A stretch of DNA of 64,000 nt, taken from the NCBI GenBank assembly GCA_963736005.1, contig CAVTNB010000003.1, forward strand, positions 32,001-96,000. The letters run 5' to 3'. Below are positions 1-9,102 of the stretch, piece after piece. Numbering within the stretch: position 1 is the stretch's first letter; the number at the start of each line of letters is the position of its first letter. The notes beneath the pieces were generated by a model that saw only the letters and a program-made list of their open reading frames with translations, was not told the DNA's origin and searched no databases. A program made the position numbers and the translations under genes. Source of the DNA: an uncultured Pseudomonadota bacterium. Lineage in GTDB: Bacteria > Vulcanimicrobiota > Vulcanimicrobiia > Eremiobacterales > Eremiobacteraceae.

Positions 1-588
1 GGCCATCTCGCCCGACCCGCCTTCTGCTTGCGCGGCCTTTCCGGTCGCAACACAACCCAGGTTAAAGTGGAAGTTGTAGTGCGCGCTGGTGAACTGTGGC
101 TTCGACTTAAGCACTGCTAGCTTTGCGTTGTCGAAAATAATATCCACAGCTTGGGGCTTGTTGGACGGATCGAAGGTTGGGGCTAGGAAGATCTGCGTGT
201 ACGTGAATTGTGCAGCCGGCGCGAAAGTATGGAAACCCACGGTCCCCATCGACAAGGTTCCTGTGTTGGTCGTCGAGGCAAGGAGCGACCCATTATTGAG
301 CGTGAGCTTTTGGTCTTTGAGGAAGGAATCGCCGGGTGCGAGTTCTTGACTCGTGCCGTTGCGCCACACTTCGGTGACTTGCCAGCCTGACGGCGGACCA
401 CCGTTCACATAGGGCTCGACTTTGGTGACTTGCACGCGCCACACGCCGTTGAACAGCCACTGATTCATGCAACCTTCACGGCTGTTGACATCACCGACGA
501 CGGCCGATCGTGCGGCGAGTAGCGCCGCAATCATAATGACGGCCACAAGCGCCGTTCTCTTCATCAGGAAGTGTCGATCTTGACGCAC
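1..588 (-). CDS. Secreted hypothetical protein (partial, runs off the left edge)
   Basis: Read manually because it is absent from the ORF track. AAGGAG RBS, then GTG at 588 (alternative ATG at 564). MRQDRHFLMKRTALVAVIMIAALLAARSAVVG looks like a signal peptide, followed by DVNSREGCMNQWLFNGVWRVQVTKVEP...; the frame stays open to base 1. Confidence 0.75.
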   Translation of the reverse strand, partial: MRQDRHFLMKRTALVAVIMIAALLAARSAVVGDVNSREGCMNQWLFNGVWRVQVTKVEPYVNGGPPSGWQVTEVWRNGTSQELAPGDSFLKDQKLTLNNGSLLASTTNTGTLSMGTVGFHTFAPAAQFTYTQIFLAPTFDPSNKPQAVDIIFDNAKLAVLKSKPQFTSAHYNFHFNLGCVATGKAAQAEGGSGEMA

Positions 589-737
589 AAAAACATCTCC
601 TTGAAAGACTGCTTCAAACAGGTGTAAGAGCAGCGTCCGCTATCTGTACGTTTGACGCCTGCCAGGAGCCTTCTTAGCCGCCTCGCCAGAGCGATTCTTC
701 CTCGCCCTGCCCATCGACCACCCGTTTGATCGCTGCT

Positions 738-2102
738 TCAAACCTCTAGAGCAAAGATCTTGAGCGCTTCGTCACGATGGCGCTCCATGAGCGATCGTGT
801 GTCACCCTCAACGTTCAGTCGCAGGAGCGGCTCGGTATTTGAAGGGCGAACGTTAAGCCACCAGTCTGCCATCTCCACGGTCACGCCGTCGAGGTGATCG
901 ATACCCGCTCCTCGCGCCGCGTAGAACGCTTCGACTTCATATAACGCTTTCTGCGCATCGCTCACCGTTGAGTTGATCTCCCCGGACCGAAAACGCGTGT
1001 CGATAGGGGAGACGAGCTCGCTCACCGTTTGCTCCGTTCGACTCAAGAGCTCGAGACAGTGCATGAGTGCGATCATCCCGGAATCGGCGAACCAGTTCTC
1101 GCGAAAATAATAGTGCCCCGAGTGCTCGCCGCCAAAGGGAATATTCTGTTCTCGCATGATTGGCTTGATAATCGAGTGGCCGACGGGCGAACGCACCGGA
1201 ATCCCGCCGGCGCGGGTGATAACTTCCGGCACAGAGCGGCTGCAAATGAGGTTATAAAGGATCTTGGCGCCCGGAAAACGCTTGAGCGCGTTTAGCCCAA
1301 TGAGGGCCGTCATGATTCCACCATCAATGAGCCCGGCTTTCTCGTCCACGATGAACATACGGTCGGCGTCGCCATCAAACGTGACGCCAAGGTCACAGTG
1401 ATGGGCCAGCACTGCTGCTTGCAGTTGCACCTTATTGGCCGGATCCATTGGATTCGCCGGATGATTGGGGAAACTGCCGTCGAGCTCAAAATAGAGCGGT
1501 ACGATTTCGCACGGCAGCTGCTTGAAAACGACTGGTGTCGTGAGCCCCCCCATGCCATTGGCTGCATCCACGGCGATCTTCAATGGCTTGATCGCATGTC
1601 GGTCGATCATCGAGAGGCAGTGTTGGGCAAAATCATCGAGAATATCGCGCTGAGAAATTGAGCCACGAGTGTCGCTGCGCGGAATGTTTCCTGCAATGAT
1701 CCGATCGCGCATCTCTGCTAATCCGGTCTCCAGCGACACGGCGACCGCATCTTTGCGGCAAAACTTCAGACCGTTGTAGTTCGCAGGATTGTGCGACGCG
1801 GTGATCATGACCCCGCCGTCAAAGTCGAACTTGCCGGTAGCAAAATACAGCGCGTCGGTTGAGACCAGTCCGATGTCGGTGACCTGCGCACCCTGATCGA
1901 CCGCACCCTCAGCCAATGCCGCAAACAGCCCTTGACCCGATGCTCGCATGTCACGTCCGATGACGATGTGCGATAAGCCAAACTGTGCGACAAACGCGCG
2001 GCCCACTTGATAGACAAAGTCTCGCGTCAGCTCGTCGGGAATCGTACCCCGGATATCATAGCGCTTGAAAAGTCCGAAGATTGTCGTCGCAAGATCCTGC
2101 AC
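738..2102 (-). CDS. manB: Phosphomannomutase/phosphoglucomutase
   Basis: YDIRG, catalytic TASHNP, metal loop FDGDADR, sugar-binding GEHSGH and C-terminal RPSNTEPLLR motifs. Confidence 0.93.
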   Translation of the reverse strand: MQDLATTIFGLFKRYDIRGTIPDELTRDFVYQVGRAFVAQFGLSHIVIGRDMRASGQGLFAALAEGAVDQGAQVTDIGLVSTDALYFATGKFDFDGGVMITASHNPANYNGLKFCRKDAVAVSLETGLAEMRDRIIAGNIPRSDTRGSISQRDILDDFAQHCLSMIDRHAIKPLKIAVDAANGMGGLTTPVVFKQLPCEIVPLYFELDGSFPNHPANPMDPANKVQLQAAVLAHHCDLGVTFDGDADRMFIVDEKAGLIDGGIMTALIGLNALKRFPGAKILYNLICSRSVPEVITRAGGIPVRSPVGHSIIKPIMREQNIPFGGEHSGHYYFRENWFADSGMIALMHCLELLSRTEQTVSELVSPIDTRFRSGEINSTVSDAQKALYEVEAFYAARGAGIDHLDGVTVEMADWWLNVRPSNTEPLLRLNVEGDTRSLMERHRDEALKIFALEV

Positions 2103-2111
2103 GTCTACACC

Positions 2112-3222
2112 TCAAGGACTGAGCGTCAAGCGGCCTCGCCCAACTGCTCTGTCCCCCATGCCATAGTAGATGTCATAGACTCGATCGCCGACATCTGGTC
2201 GAGGATCGATCGCCGTAGGGAATACTACTTCTCCAGCCTTACCGCGCACTTCGATGGGGAGTTCTGGCACAAAAAGCGGCTGTGGCGAACGATAGAGAAC
2301 CTTGTCGATGTGCGACGCACTGTGCACAATAACTCCCGCGCAGTACCGCAAGCGCGTCGCGCCGTTTCTCTCGCGAAGCTGATCCACTCCGTGGATAAGG
2401 GCAAGCCAACCCTCACGGATGCGCACCGGGGGAGTGCCGCCGCCGACTTTCACCTGGCCCCAGCTTGCGGTCGGCAGCTCCAGGGGGTGTGCTTCAATGA
2501 CTTCGCAGATTTTTCTGAGATCTTTGCGGACTGCATCCAACGAAACGTATCCGATCGCGATATTTTCGCGTCGTTCGGGCGCGCGCTTCAACAAGACTTT
2601 GGCGCCCGCTGCCCCGTGCTTGCGCCACAACGCCCAAAGCGTCGGACGATGGTAGAGCGCGAGCGACGGAATGCCACGTGGCGAGAGCACAGGCTCGGGG
2701 AAAAAGGCTGCATCTTTGTCGGCGAAGCTCGTTCTCTGTTTGTGAACGCACATCAATCCAATGCGCTGCCAGGCATTGCCATCTTTCGATACCGCAACAG
2801 CCACCTGCGGTCCGGACGGTCCGAAGGCGACGTACGCCATCACATAACGATCGAGCACTGCGATGTAGGTTACCCGCGGGTCCTCGCAACCGTGTCCATC
2901 GGAGTCATTCCTCATCTCGTACGGCGCTTGTGGTTCGAGCGCGAAACCGGTTTGATCAAAGGTCATCTTCCCACCCTTGTGCTCATGGGCGCGAAAGCGA
3001 CCGATGCGCGAGACGTTGCCGGGCGCAACCATGCGGGGAAAGAGCTGCAACGCACCGTCTCGCAAGCGCGTGCAGGCCGGATTGAGAATGCCTTCGCGGT
3101 CGACAAGACGACGGTCTGGCTTCAGTATCGTGCCGAGACGAGTGAACTGCGCGCTGAAGCGAGCGAGGGGCTTATCGATGGCGTGGGACGTACGTCTTCT
3201 CAGCTGCGTTTCCGACGTTCAT
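2112..3222 (-). CDS. GH130/DUF377-like glycosidase or mannoside phosphorylase; 5' end uncertain (probable +1 frameshift near 3185)
   Basis: CEDPR, DKDAAFFP, KVGGGTPP, VVFP and YYGMGD motifs. The conserved EGILNPA motif lies in frame upstream of the track start (3065) with no canonical in-frame start. An ATG at 3222 is one frame off. Confidence 0.75.
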
Positions 3223-3610
3223 TCTCCGCGACTCGCGCCTTCACTAATTTCTTCACGAGACCGGCAGGCAGAGGCTTATCCAAAGGAAAGCGGATGGTGC
3301 CTTTCGATGTGTAAAAGCTCTTCAGGTCGTTTTTGAACGCTCTGATCACTGTCATGCTCATCGGAAAGAAACTGCAATGGTTCGAAAACGCGGCGAACGC
3401 CACCACAGATCCTTTGTACTTGAACGTTGGGATCCCATAGCTGATAGCCTCGGTTGCCTCCTTGGGCACAGCCGACCGGATCATCGCACGCACTTTCTTC
3501 AAGGTAGTGCGGGCGGGCTCTGGGACACCCGCCAGGTATTTGTCCACCACCTTGGGAGATACATTGCTTTTCGCCACCGATCCGCGACTGCCGGACTTCG
3601 GTTTTTTCAC
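3200..3610 (-). CDS. DUF1801 (YdhG-like) domain protein
   Basis: VDKYLA...EAISYGIPTFKY...FAAFSNHCSFFP...SKGTIRFPLDKPLP pattern; AAGGGAG RBS before GTG. Confidence 0.85.
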   Translation of the reverse strand: MKKPKSGSRGSVAKSNVSPKVVDKYLAGVPEPARTTLKKVRAMIRSAVPKEATEAISYGIPTFKYKGSVVAFAAFSNHCSFFPMSMTVIRAFKNDLKSFYTSKGTIRFPLDKPLPAGLVKKLVKARVAENERRKRS

Positions 3611-3637
3611 CGAGTTACTGGCTCCCTTCTTGATGAG

Positions 3638-3826
3638 CTAGTGATCGACAAACTTCGATATTTCGTCCATCGTTGGATCGAGCCGCAAATCTTCATGCGC
3701 GTATTTGCGGTCTTCATGTCCGCCGGGAACCGTCACTCGCACGAGAATCTCATGCGGATGCACCTCTTTGACAATGCCTTCTTCCTTCGTCCCATCAATG
3801 TAGACCTTATCGCCGATCTTTAACAT
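3638..3826 (-). CDS. Small hypothetical protein (KOW/SH3-like beta-barrel pattern)
   Basis: GAGGAG RBS, then ATG at 3826: MLKIGDKVYIDGTKEEGIVKEVHPHEILVRV..., 62 aa. Confidence 0.7.
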   Translation of the reverse strand: MLKIGDKVYIDGTKEEGIVKEVHPHEILVRVTVPGGHEDRKYAHEDLRLDPTMDEISKFVDH

Positions 3827-3845
3827 GTCTGCTCCTCTGGGCTGG

Positions 3846-4376
3846 TTACGTACGTCGACGTGCCGGTTCAAAGCGGAAGTTGACCTCAGGGGTAATCCCA
3901 CGGGCAAGCGTCTGATAGACGACGCAATATCGTTCCGTTAATTGTTGAAGCGTAGCAGCCTCTTCGGGCGTCGTGTCCGCGTCAAGGTCGAAGTGAAGTC
4001 GAATATTTTTGAAGCCGACCGGCACGGTTCGATCGAGGCCCAACGTGCCTCGGAAGTCCAGATCACCCTCGGCAGATACGGTTCCACCGCGCAACTGAAT
4101 GTTTTTAGCCGTTGCAACCGACCGCAGCGTCACGCCGGCACACGCGACCAGTGCCTGCAACAACATATCACCCGAACAAGCGAACGTTCCATCACCGCCC
4201 GTTGCCGGGTGCAGCCCGGCTTTCACAAGCGTGCGTCCAGTCTCCACGCTGCAACTAAGCCCCTCGGGGTCATCGATCCGGCCGCTTGCTCGCAGCGTCA
4301 CGAGCGCAGCACTCGGCTCGGTGCGATACCGATCCTTGATGGGCGCCTGCAGAGTGCGCAAACTTTCAGTATCCAC
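3846..4376 (-). CDS. OsmC/Ohr family protein
   Basis: HPATGG, ACSGDMLLQALVACAGVT, GDLDFRGTLG and TERYCVVYQTL motifs with the two conserved Cys. Confidence 0.9.
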   Translation of the reverse strand: MDTESLRTLQAPIKDRYRTEPSAALVTLRASGRIDDPEGLSCSVETGRTLVKAGLHPATGGDGTFACSGDMLLQALVACAGVTLRSVATAKNIQLRGGTVSAEGDLDFRGTLGLDRTVPVGFKNIRLHFDLDADTTPEEAATLQQLTERYCVVYQTLARGITPEVNFRFEPARRRT

Positions 4377-4441
4377 GCGGGCCCTCCATTCCTGGCAAGC
4401 GTTCAGTTACGACCTGACGATTATTGATCCTGGGCGCAGCT

Positions 4442-6433
4442 TTATGAGTACAACACGCGCGACATGAGCAGCGTCAGTGCCCGCCGGAGTTGAACCGCCA
4501 CGTCCGCGTTCTCGCTCTCATCGATTTTATCGAGCGCCGCTTCGATCCAACGAAGCCCCTCCGCCTCGACGCCCCCATGCCACCAGACCATCTGCAAGGC
4601 AACTGCAATCGAGCCACCGAGGGCTACCTCTTGATCTCTGACAAGTGCCCAATCCATGGCCGCGCGAAAGTTTTCAACCTCCGGCTCGAGTCTTGCAAGC
4701 CATTCGCCCAGCGGCATCGCGCCAAAAGTTCTTTCCGCCTCTTGTGCGACGCCTTGGAAGTATTCGGCGTGCCGACGGCCGAGCCGATCGCGCTCCCCGC
4801 TCGCCGCGAGTTTCGCCAGCGCGTACTGGCGAGTGCACTCAAGCATGCGGTAGCGCTCCAGATTGGCGCTCGTGTCCACCACGAGCAGCGATTTATCCGC
4901 AAGGGAAGCGATCAGATCGAACAGATCTCTGCGCTCGATACCATCGCCCGTACACACAAAAGCCGCGGCATCGAGGGTAAAGCTACCGGCAAAAACCGCC
5001 ACGCGATTGAACAGCACCCTCTCCTCAGGCGAGAGTAAATCATAGCTCCAATCAAAGAGGGCGGTCAGCGTCTTCTGCCGGGGGAGCGCGGTGCGGCTGC
5101 CCCCGGTAAGAATCTCGAAGCGCTCGTTGAGGCGCTGCGCGAGGGTGGATATGCTCATCACCTTGACGCGTGCTGCAGCGAGTTCGATCGCAAGGGGAAT
5201 ACCATCGAGCCGGCGGCAGATATCCGACACGATGAACGCATTGTCGTCACCGAGTCGAAAGGATTGGTCGACGAGCGACGCCCGGTCGGCGAAAAGGGCC
5301 ACCGCACCGAAGCTCAGTGCAGCCGCTGGGGCGAGATTCGCCACCTTATCGGGGACCGCTAGCGAAGCGACGCGAAGCACTTTTTCCCCGCTCACTCCTA
5401 GCGCCTGACGTGAGGTGGCAACGATACGAACATCCGGACAATGCCGATGAATCGCATCCGCCAGCGCGGCAACTGCCTCCAGCACGTGCTCGCAATTGTC
5501 GAGTACCAAGAGAAGCTGCTTGCCTTTGAGGAACTGCATCATCGACTCGTCGATCGCGCGTACTTGTGCCTGGCTTACACCCAACGCTTTGGCGACCACG
5601 CTCGACACCAATTCCGAACCCGTGATTGCTGCGAGATCGGCGACCCATACTCCGTCGGGAAAGCGTTCGAGAACTTCGGCACCAAGCTGTGCCGCCAATC
5701 GCGTCTTGCCGACGCCACCGGCTCCCAGGAGCGTGACCAAACGGTGCTCGGCGAGATGCACCTTCAAATCTTCAAGATCTTGTTCGCGGCCCCGGAAACT
5801 CGTAACTTGAATGGGCAGATTGTTGGGCAGCGTGTCCAGCGAATTGAGCCGCGGGAAATCACTTGACAGACCCTTTATTGTTAGCTGCCAGACGTGCTCG
5901 GGGTGAGCAAGATCCTTGAGTCGATGCGCGCCGAGGTCGATGAATCTCGTCTCGTGCGGTGCTTCGTTGTGCACGAGCTCGTAGGTTGCACCTGACAGGA
6001 GAATCTGCCCGCCGTGACCGATGGACATAAGCCGCGCAACTCGGTTGACGCTCGGACCAAAATAATCAGCATCGCGTTCCTCCGCGTATCCGGTATGCAA
6101 GCCGATTCGAACTCGCAAGCCATGGACCGCTGAAAAATCTTCCGCGCTGAGGGCGCGCTGAGCGTCGAGTGCAGCTTTGACTGCGTTTGGTGCTGTCGCG
6201 AATGCGGAACAGAATGCGTCGCCAACCGTCTTGAAAATATGGCCACCATATCGCGAGATGGCCAAGCGCATCAACTGTTCGTGGCGCGCAACGGCCACCT
6301 TCATTGCCTCGTGATGTTTTTCCCAGCGCTCGGTGCTGCCTTCGATGTCGGAGAACAAGAAGGTGACCGTGCCCGTAGGCAACGACACCGGGTGTTTGGA
6401 TTGCCGTTCCTCGGCCCGAGTGTTATGTGGCAT
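4442..6433 (-). CDS. Class III adenylate/guanylate cyclase domain fused to a STAND-type ATPase (NB-ARC-like) and wHTH
   Basis: FSDIEGST, KTVGDAF and YFGPSVNRVARL cyclase motifs; Walker A GAGGVGKT; Walker B LLLVLDNCEH; LDGIPLAIELAAAR. Confidence 0.9.
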   Translation of the reverse strand: MPHNTRAEERQSKHPVSLPTGTVTFLFSDIEGSTERWEKHHEAMKVAVARHEQLMRLAISRYGGHIFKTVGDAFCSAFATAPNAVKAALDAQRALSAEDFSAVHGLRVRIGLHTGYAEERDADYFGPSVNRVARLMSIGHGGQILLSGATYELVHNEAPHETRFIDLGAHRLKDLAHPEHVWQLTIKGLSSDFPRLNSLDTLPNNLPIQVTSFRGREQDLEDLKVHLAEHRLVTLLGAGGVGKTRLAAQLGAEVLERFPDGVWVADLAAITGSELVSSVVAKALGVSQAQVRAIDESMMQFLKGKQLLLVLDNCEHVLEAVAALADAIHRHCPDVRIVATSRQALGVSGEKVLRVASLAVPDKVANLAPAAALSFGAVALFADRASLVDQSFRLGDDNAFIVSDICRRLDGIPLAIELAAARVKVMSISTLAQRLNERFEILTGGSRTALPRQKTLTALFDWSYDLLSPEERVLFNRVAVFAGSFTLDAAAFVCTGDGIERRDLFDLIASLADKSLLVVDTSANLERYRMLECTRQYALAKLAASGERDRLGRRHAEYFQGVAQEAERTFGAMPLGEWLARLEPEVENFRAAMDWALVRDQEVALGGSIAVALQMVWWHGGVEAEGLRWIEAALDKIDESENADVAVQLRRALTLLMSRVLYS

Positions 6434-6482
6434 CAGATGATGCTGATTGTTCGGCTGTTGACCGCTGCGGCCCTAGCCGCGC

Positions 6483-6512
6483 TTGCCAAGCCGGCGGTGC
6501 TCACGATATAAT
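6483..6512 (+). promoter_or_regulatory. Putative sigma70-type promoter for the DUF4242 gene
   Basis: TTGCCA (6483-6488), 18-nt spacer, TATAAT (6507-6512), about 65 nt upstream of the ATG. Confidence 0.45.
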
Positions 6513-6576
6513 ACAGGTGCCCCAAAATGGTCGTAAAGTCGATCTTTTCGTGCGCGAAATTGATGGAGGGATTTAC

Positions 6577-6849
6577 ATGCCTCGATATATGGTGGAACGT
6601 ACTTTCAAGGACGGGTTATCGATTCCGGCCACGAACGCGGGAGCCGATTCGTGCCGAAGTGTCGTTGACAAAAATGGAGACCTCGGTGTGACATGGGTCC
6701 ATTCGTACGTCTTAAAAGACCACAAGAAGTCGTATTGCATTTATGATGGTCCGAGCGAGGATGCGATCCGCAAAGCGGCCGAACGTAATGGACTACCGGT
6801 CGATAGCGTTGCGGAAATCAGCGTGCTGGACCCGTACTTCTACCACTAG
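6577..6849 (+). CDS. DUF4242 (SCO4226-like) protein
   Basis: GGAGG RBS, ATG at 6577: MPRYMVERTF...GVTWVHSYV...KSYCIYDGPSEDAIRKAA..NGLPVD. Confidence 0.88.
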   Translation: MPRYMVERTFKDGLSIPATNAGADSCRSVVDKNGDLGVTWVHSYVLKDHKKSYCIYDGPSEDAIRKAAERNGLPVDSVAEISVLDPYFYH

Positions 6850-6877
6850 TTGGCCGCTCAAAAAGGGGAGATGCGCG

Positions 6878-7525
6878 ATGCTCAAACGTTTTGTCCTCGC
6901 CATGGTGGCTTTCAGCGTGGCCTTGGCGGTCTATGTCAAGGCAGACGAAGCGCCAAATTATAGCGGGCCAATGTCAACCAGCGAACAAGCCTTTGTTCGC
7001 TCCATCCAGTCCGATCTCAACGCCCGATTTCCCCACGCCAGTGACGCCCAGAAGGCCGGCTATGTTCGCTATACCGAGGTCGATGATACGGGTGCGATCA
7101 GCTACGCGAACTTTCATTGGACCTCAAGAGACAATCGGCATCCAAGCCAGCTTTGGTACGATAAGAATGGCAACTTACTGGGAGCGGATTTTTCGGTGCC
7201 CAACACCACGGGCGTGCGACCCAATATTCTTGGGGTCAACCCAGGACGCTGGTACGAGTTTGATGAGCACATCCATTGGGTCACGAAGGACCCTGCAACG
7301 GGCAAAATAGCGTACTATCACTATGTCATGGCGCCCGCGTTTGTCAAGGCAGGCGGCGACCTCAAGCGGCCGAGCGCCGATACCCTCGTCAAGATGGGAA
7401 AGGTAAAGACCGCTTCTGAGGTGACGACGATCTTCGACTTTCCGAAGGTCTGGGACCTCATTGTGTGGGTGAAGCCGAATCCAAGCGGCGCGTTTGCCGT
7501 GAAAAATCCGTTGGTCAAACCCTAA
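6878..7525 (+). CDS. Secreted hypothetical protein
   Basis: GGGGAG RBS, signal peptide MLKRFVLAMVAFSVALAVYVKA; C-terminal WDLIVWVKPNPSGAFAVKNPLV. Confidence 0.8.
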   Translation: MLKRFVLAMVAFSVALAVYVKADEAPNYSGPMSTSEQAFVRSIQSDLNARFPHASDAQKAGYVRYTEVDDTGAISYANFHWTSRDNRHPSQLWYDKNGNLLGADFSVPNTTGVRPNILGVNPGRWYEFDEHIHWVTKDPATGKIAYYHYVMAPAFVKAGGDLKRPSADTLVKMGKVKTASEVTTIFDFPKVWDLIVWVKPNPSGAFAVKNPLVKP

Positions 7526-7555
7526 GGTACATGGTTGATTGAGGGGGCGTCTCTC

Positions 7556-8014
7556 TTACCACAAAGGCGAATGCGGCCAGCGTTTTGCAAGCAGCGAGTC
7601 GATACCGAAGACCCGGCCCGCTGAACAGAGAGCGAGCACAAGCGCTATCACAAAGAAGGCGCCGTCGTTACTCGAGGGATTCCACCACCACAGGCCCTTG
7701 GCGAGCATGTAGTTGGTGAGTAAGAGCATGGCAACGAGAGCCGCGAGTTTGGTCGCTGTTCCGGTGATCATGGCGATGGCCACCACGACTTCCGCTATCA
7801 CAATCAACATCGCAAAAATGGAAATGTGAGGTATGATCACATGCAGGAGAAAATTCTTGTAAAACGGTTGCGCATTTTGCAACCCGACCTGAGTGAGATA
7901 CCCACTGAGCCCACGTGTAAATGCCGATCCCGCCAAAAGCTTAGGATAGACGGCTAAGGAGAAAATGGTACCGAGATAGATCCGAAGCCAGGCAAGCGTG
8001 TAATGTTTCCACAT
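7556..8014 (-). CDS. DoxX family membrane protein
   Basis: LRIYLG..F...KL N-terminus, four hydrophobic helices, AGRVFGIDSLL C-terminal motif. Start is 8014 (ATG) or 8035 (TTG). Confidence 0.82.
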   Translation of the reverse strand: MWKHYTLAWLRIYLGTIFSLAVYPKLLAGSAFTRGLSGYLTQVGLQNAQPFYKNFLLHVIIPHISIFAMLIVIAEVVVAIAMITGTATKLAALVAMLLLTNYMLAKGLWWWNPSSNDGAFFVIALVLALCSAGRVFGIDSLLAKRWPHSPLW

Positions 8015-8129
8015 CCCATGCCACGTTCGCCACAAAGAGCGCTTTAGCCAGTCATGGGCATAAGGAGGGCAGTTTCAGCGGTTCGACGCCTCTGTGCCCT
8101 GCCTTAAGGGTCCAACTTCTTCGAGAAAA

Positions 8130-8750
8130 TCAGCAGCCGTAGCCGTGGCACATCCCGCTCGCGGCTGGCATAGGCGTTGCCTGTGGTCCTGGCGTCGCCC
8201 CGACCTGGACGATCATCCCATCGCGCATGCCGTTCGAAATGTAGTGGATACCGCAAATGATGAACAGATTGCCGGTAGTGCTCGTCACTGTCAACACGCC
8301 GGTGCTCTGACCTGGTGGAATCGGACCACTTTGATACCCCGGGCCGAGAACTCCACCGTTAAGGGCGACGGCGGTGCTCTGCGGACCTGGCGTCGGATAC
8401 GCTGTGAAGACGTTGACCGTGTGCGCGACGTTATCGTCGTTGGTAAGAATCACTTGTGTGCCTGGCGCGAGACCAAGGACCTGAGCGTGTTTTTGTTGCG
8501 TGTACCCGGTCACGGCACCGAAGGTCGGGTCGGTGAAGACGCCGTTGGCGGTTCCGAAGAGGTTGACGTGTATTGTCGGCATCGTCGGTGATGGTGAGGG
8601 TTGCGGTCCTGGAAGCGTTCCACCACCTCCACCCCCTCCTCCGCCGCCGCCACCGCAACCTACTGCGATCGCAACCAAAGCCGCGGCGAACACGCCACCT
8701 AGGAGCACTCTGACAGACAATATCAACTTTTTCACGACAACCCCCCACAT
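8130..8750 (-). CDS. Lipoprotein with a cupredoxin (blue-copper-like) domain
   Basis: Lipobox IAVG-C, Gly/Pro linker, N..AHTV His ligand and FIICGIHYISNGMRD (C-x2-H-x5-M) loop. Confidence 0.75.
   Translation of the reverse strand: MWGVVVKKLILSVRVLLGGVFAAALVAIAVGCGGGGGGGGGGGGTLPGPQPSPSPTMPTIHVNLFGTANGVFTDPTFGAVTGYTQQKHAQVLGLAPGTQVILTNDDNVAHTVNVFTAYPTPGPQSTAVALNGGVLGPGYQSGPIPPGQSTGVLTVTSTTGNLFIICGIHYISNGMRDGMIVQVGATPGPQATPMPAASGMCHGYGC
8619..8654 (-). repeat. Poly-glycine low-complexity tract (about 12 Gly, mixed GGN codons)
   Basis: tcc acc acc tcc acc ccc tcc tcc gcc gcc gcc acc on the + strand. Confidence 0.85.
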
Positions 8751-8836
8751 CAGCGCGCTTTGAAAAATTGAGGACAGGGACGATCCTATCCCACCACGTC
8801 TAATTTTAGGGAAGGGCGCTTAAGAATCCATGAATT

Positions 8837-9019
8837 TCAGGATGACGAGGGTGCTGTCAGCCGCGGAGCGATGAGGCGAAAGCCCGCGAACGCAATGATG
8901 TTCAACATGGCGAAGGCCAAGGTCATGAGGAACCAGTGTGCTTGGCTTTGCGCATAGAGCAATTCAATGAGGACGAGGACGATCAATGGCCAGATCAATT
9001 TGTCGAAAAACAGATTCAT
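8837..9019 (-). CDS. Small two-helix membrane protein
   Basis: GAGGAGG RBS, 60 aa with two hydrophobic segments. Confidence 0.65.
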   Translation of the reverse strand: MNLFFDKLIWPLIVLVLIELLYAQSQAHWFLMTLAFAMLNIIAFAGFRLIAPRLTAPSSS

Positions 9020-9043
9020 GTTGTTGCCTCCTCTCGTGAGAGC

Positions 9044-9082
9044 AAAAAAAGGAAGGAGCGGTCTTCGTCGACCGCTCCGTCC
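9044..9082 (-). terminator. Rho-independent terminator after the ABM-family gene
   Basis: GGAGCGGTC/GACCGCTCC stem followed on the minus strand by TTCCTTTTTTT. Confidence 0.75.
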
Positions 9083-9102
9083 CGATGGAAAGGCTTCGCG
9101 AG

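Noticed and set aside
2007..3314. Long + strand ORF (435 aa), and similar ones at 15194-16456, 17667-19196, 30105-31211, 47741-48784 and 60795-61757
   Set aside because: These are antisense shadows of well-supported genes. They are Arg-rich with no motifs, as expected from GC-rich codon bias.
8619..8654. Poly-Gly tract as a phase-variable contingency repeat
   Set aside because: The codons are mixed and in triplets, so slippage would not switch frame. It looks like a selected flexible linker.
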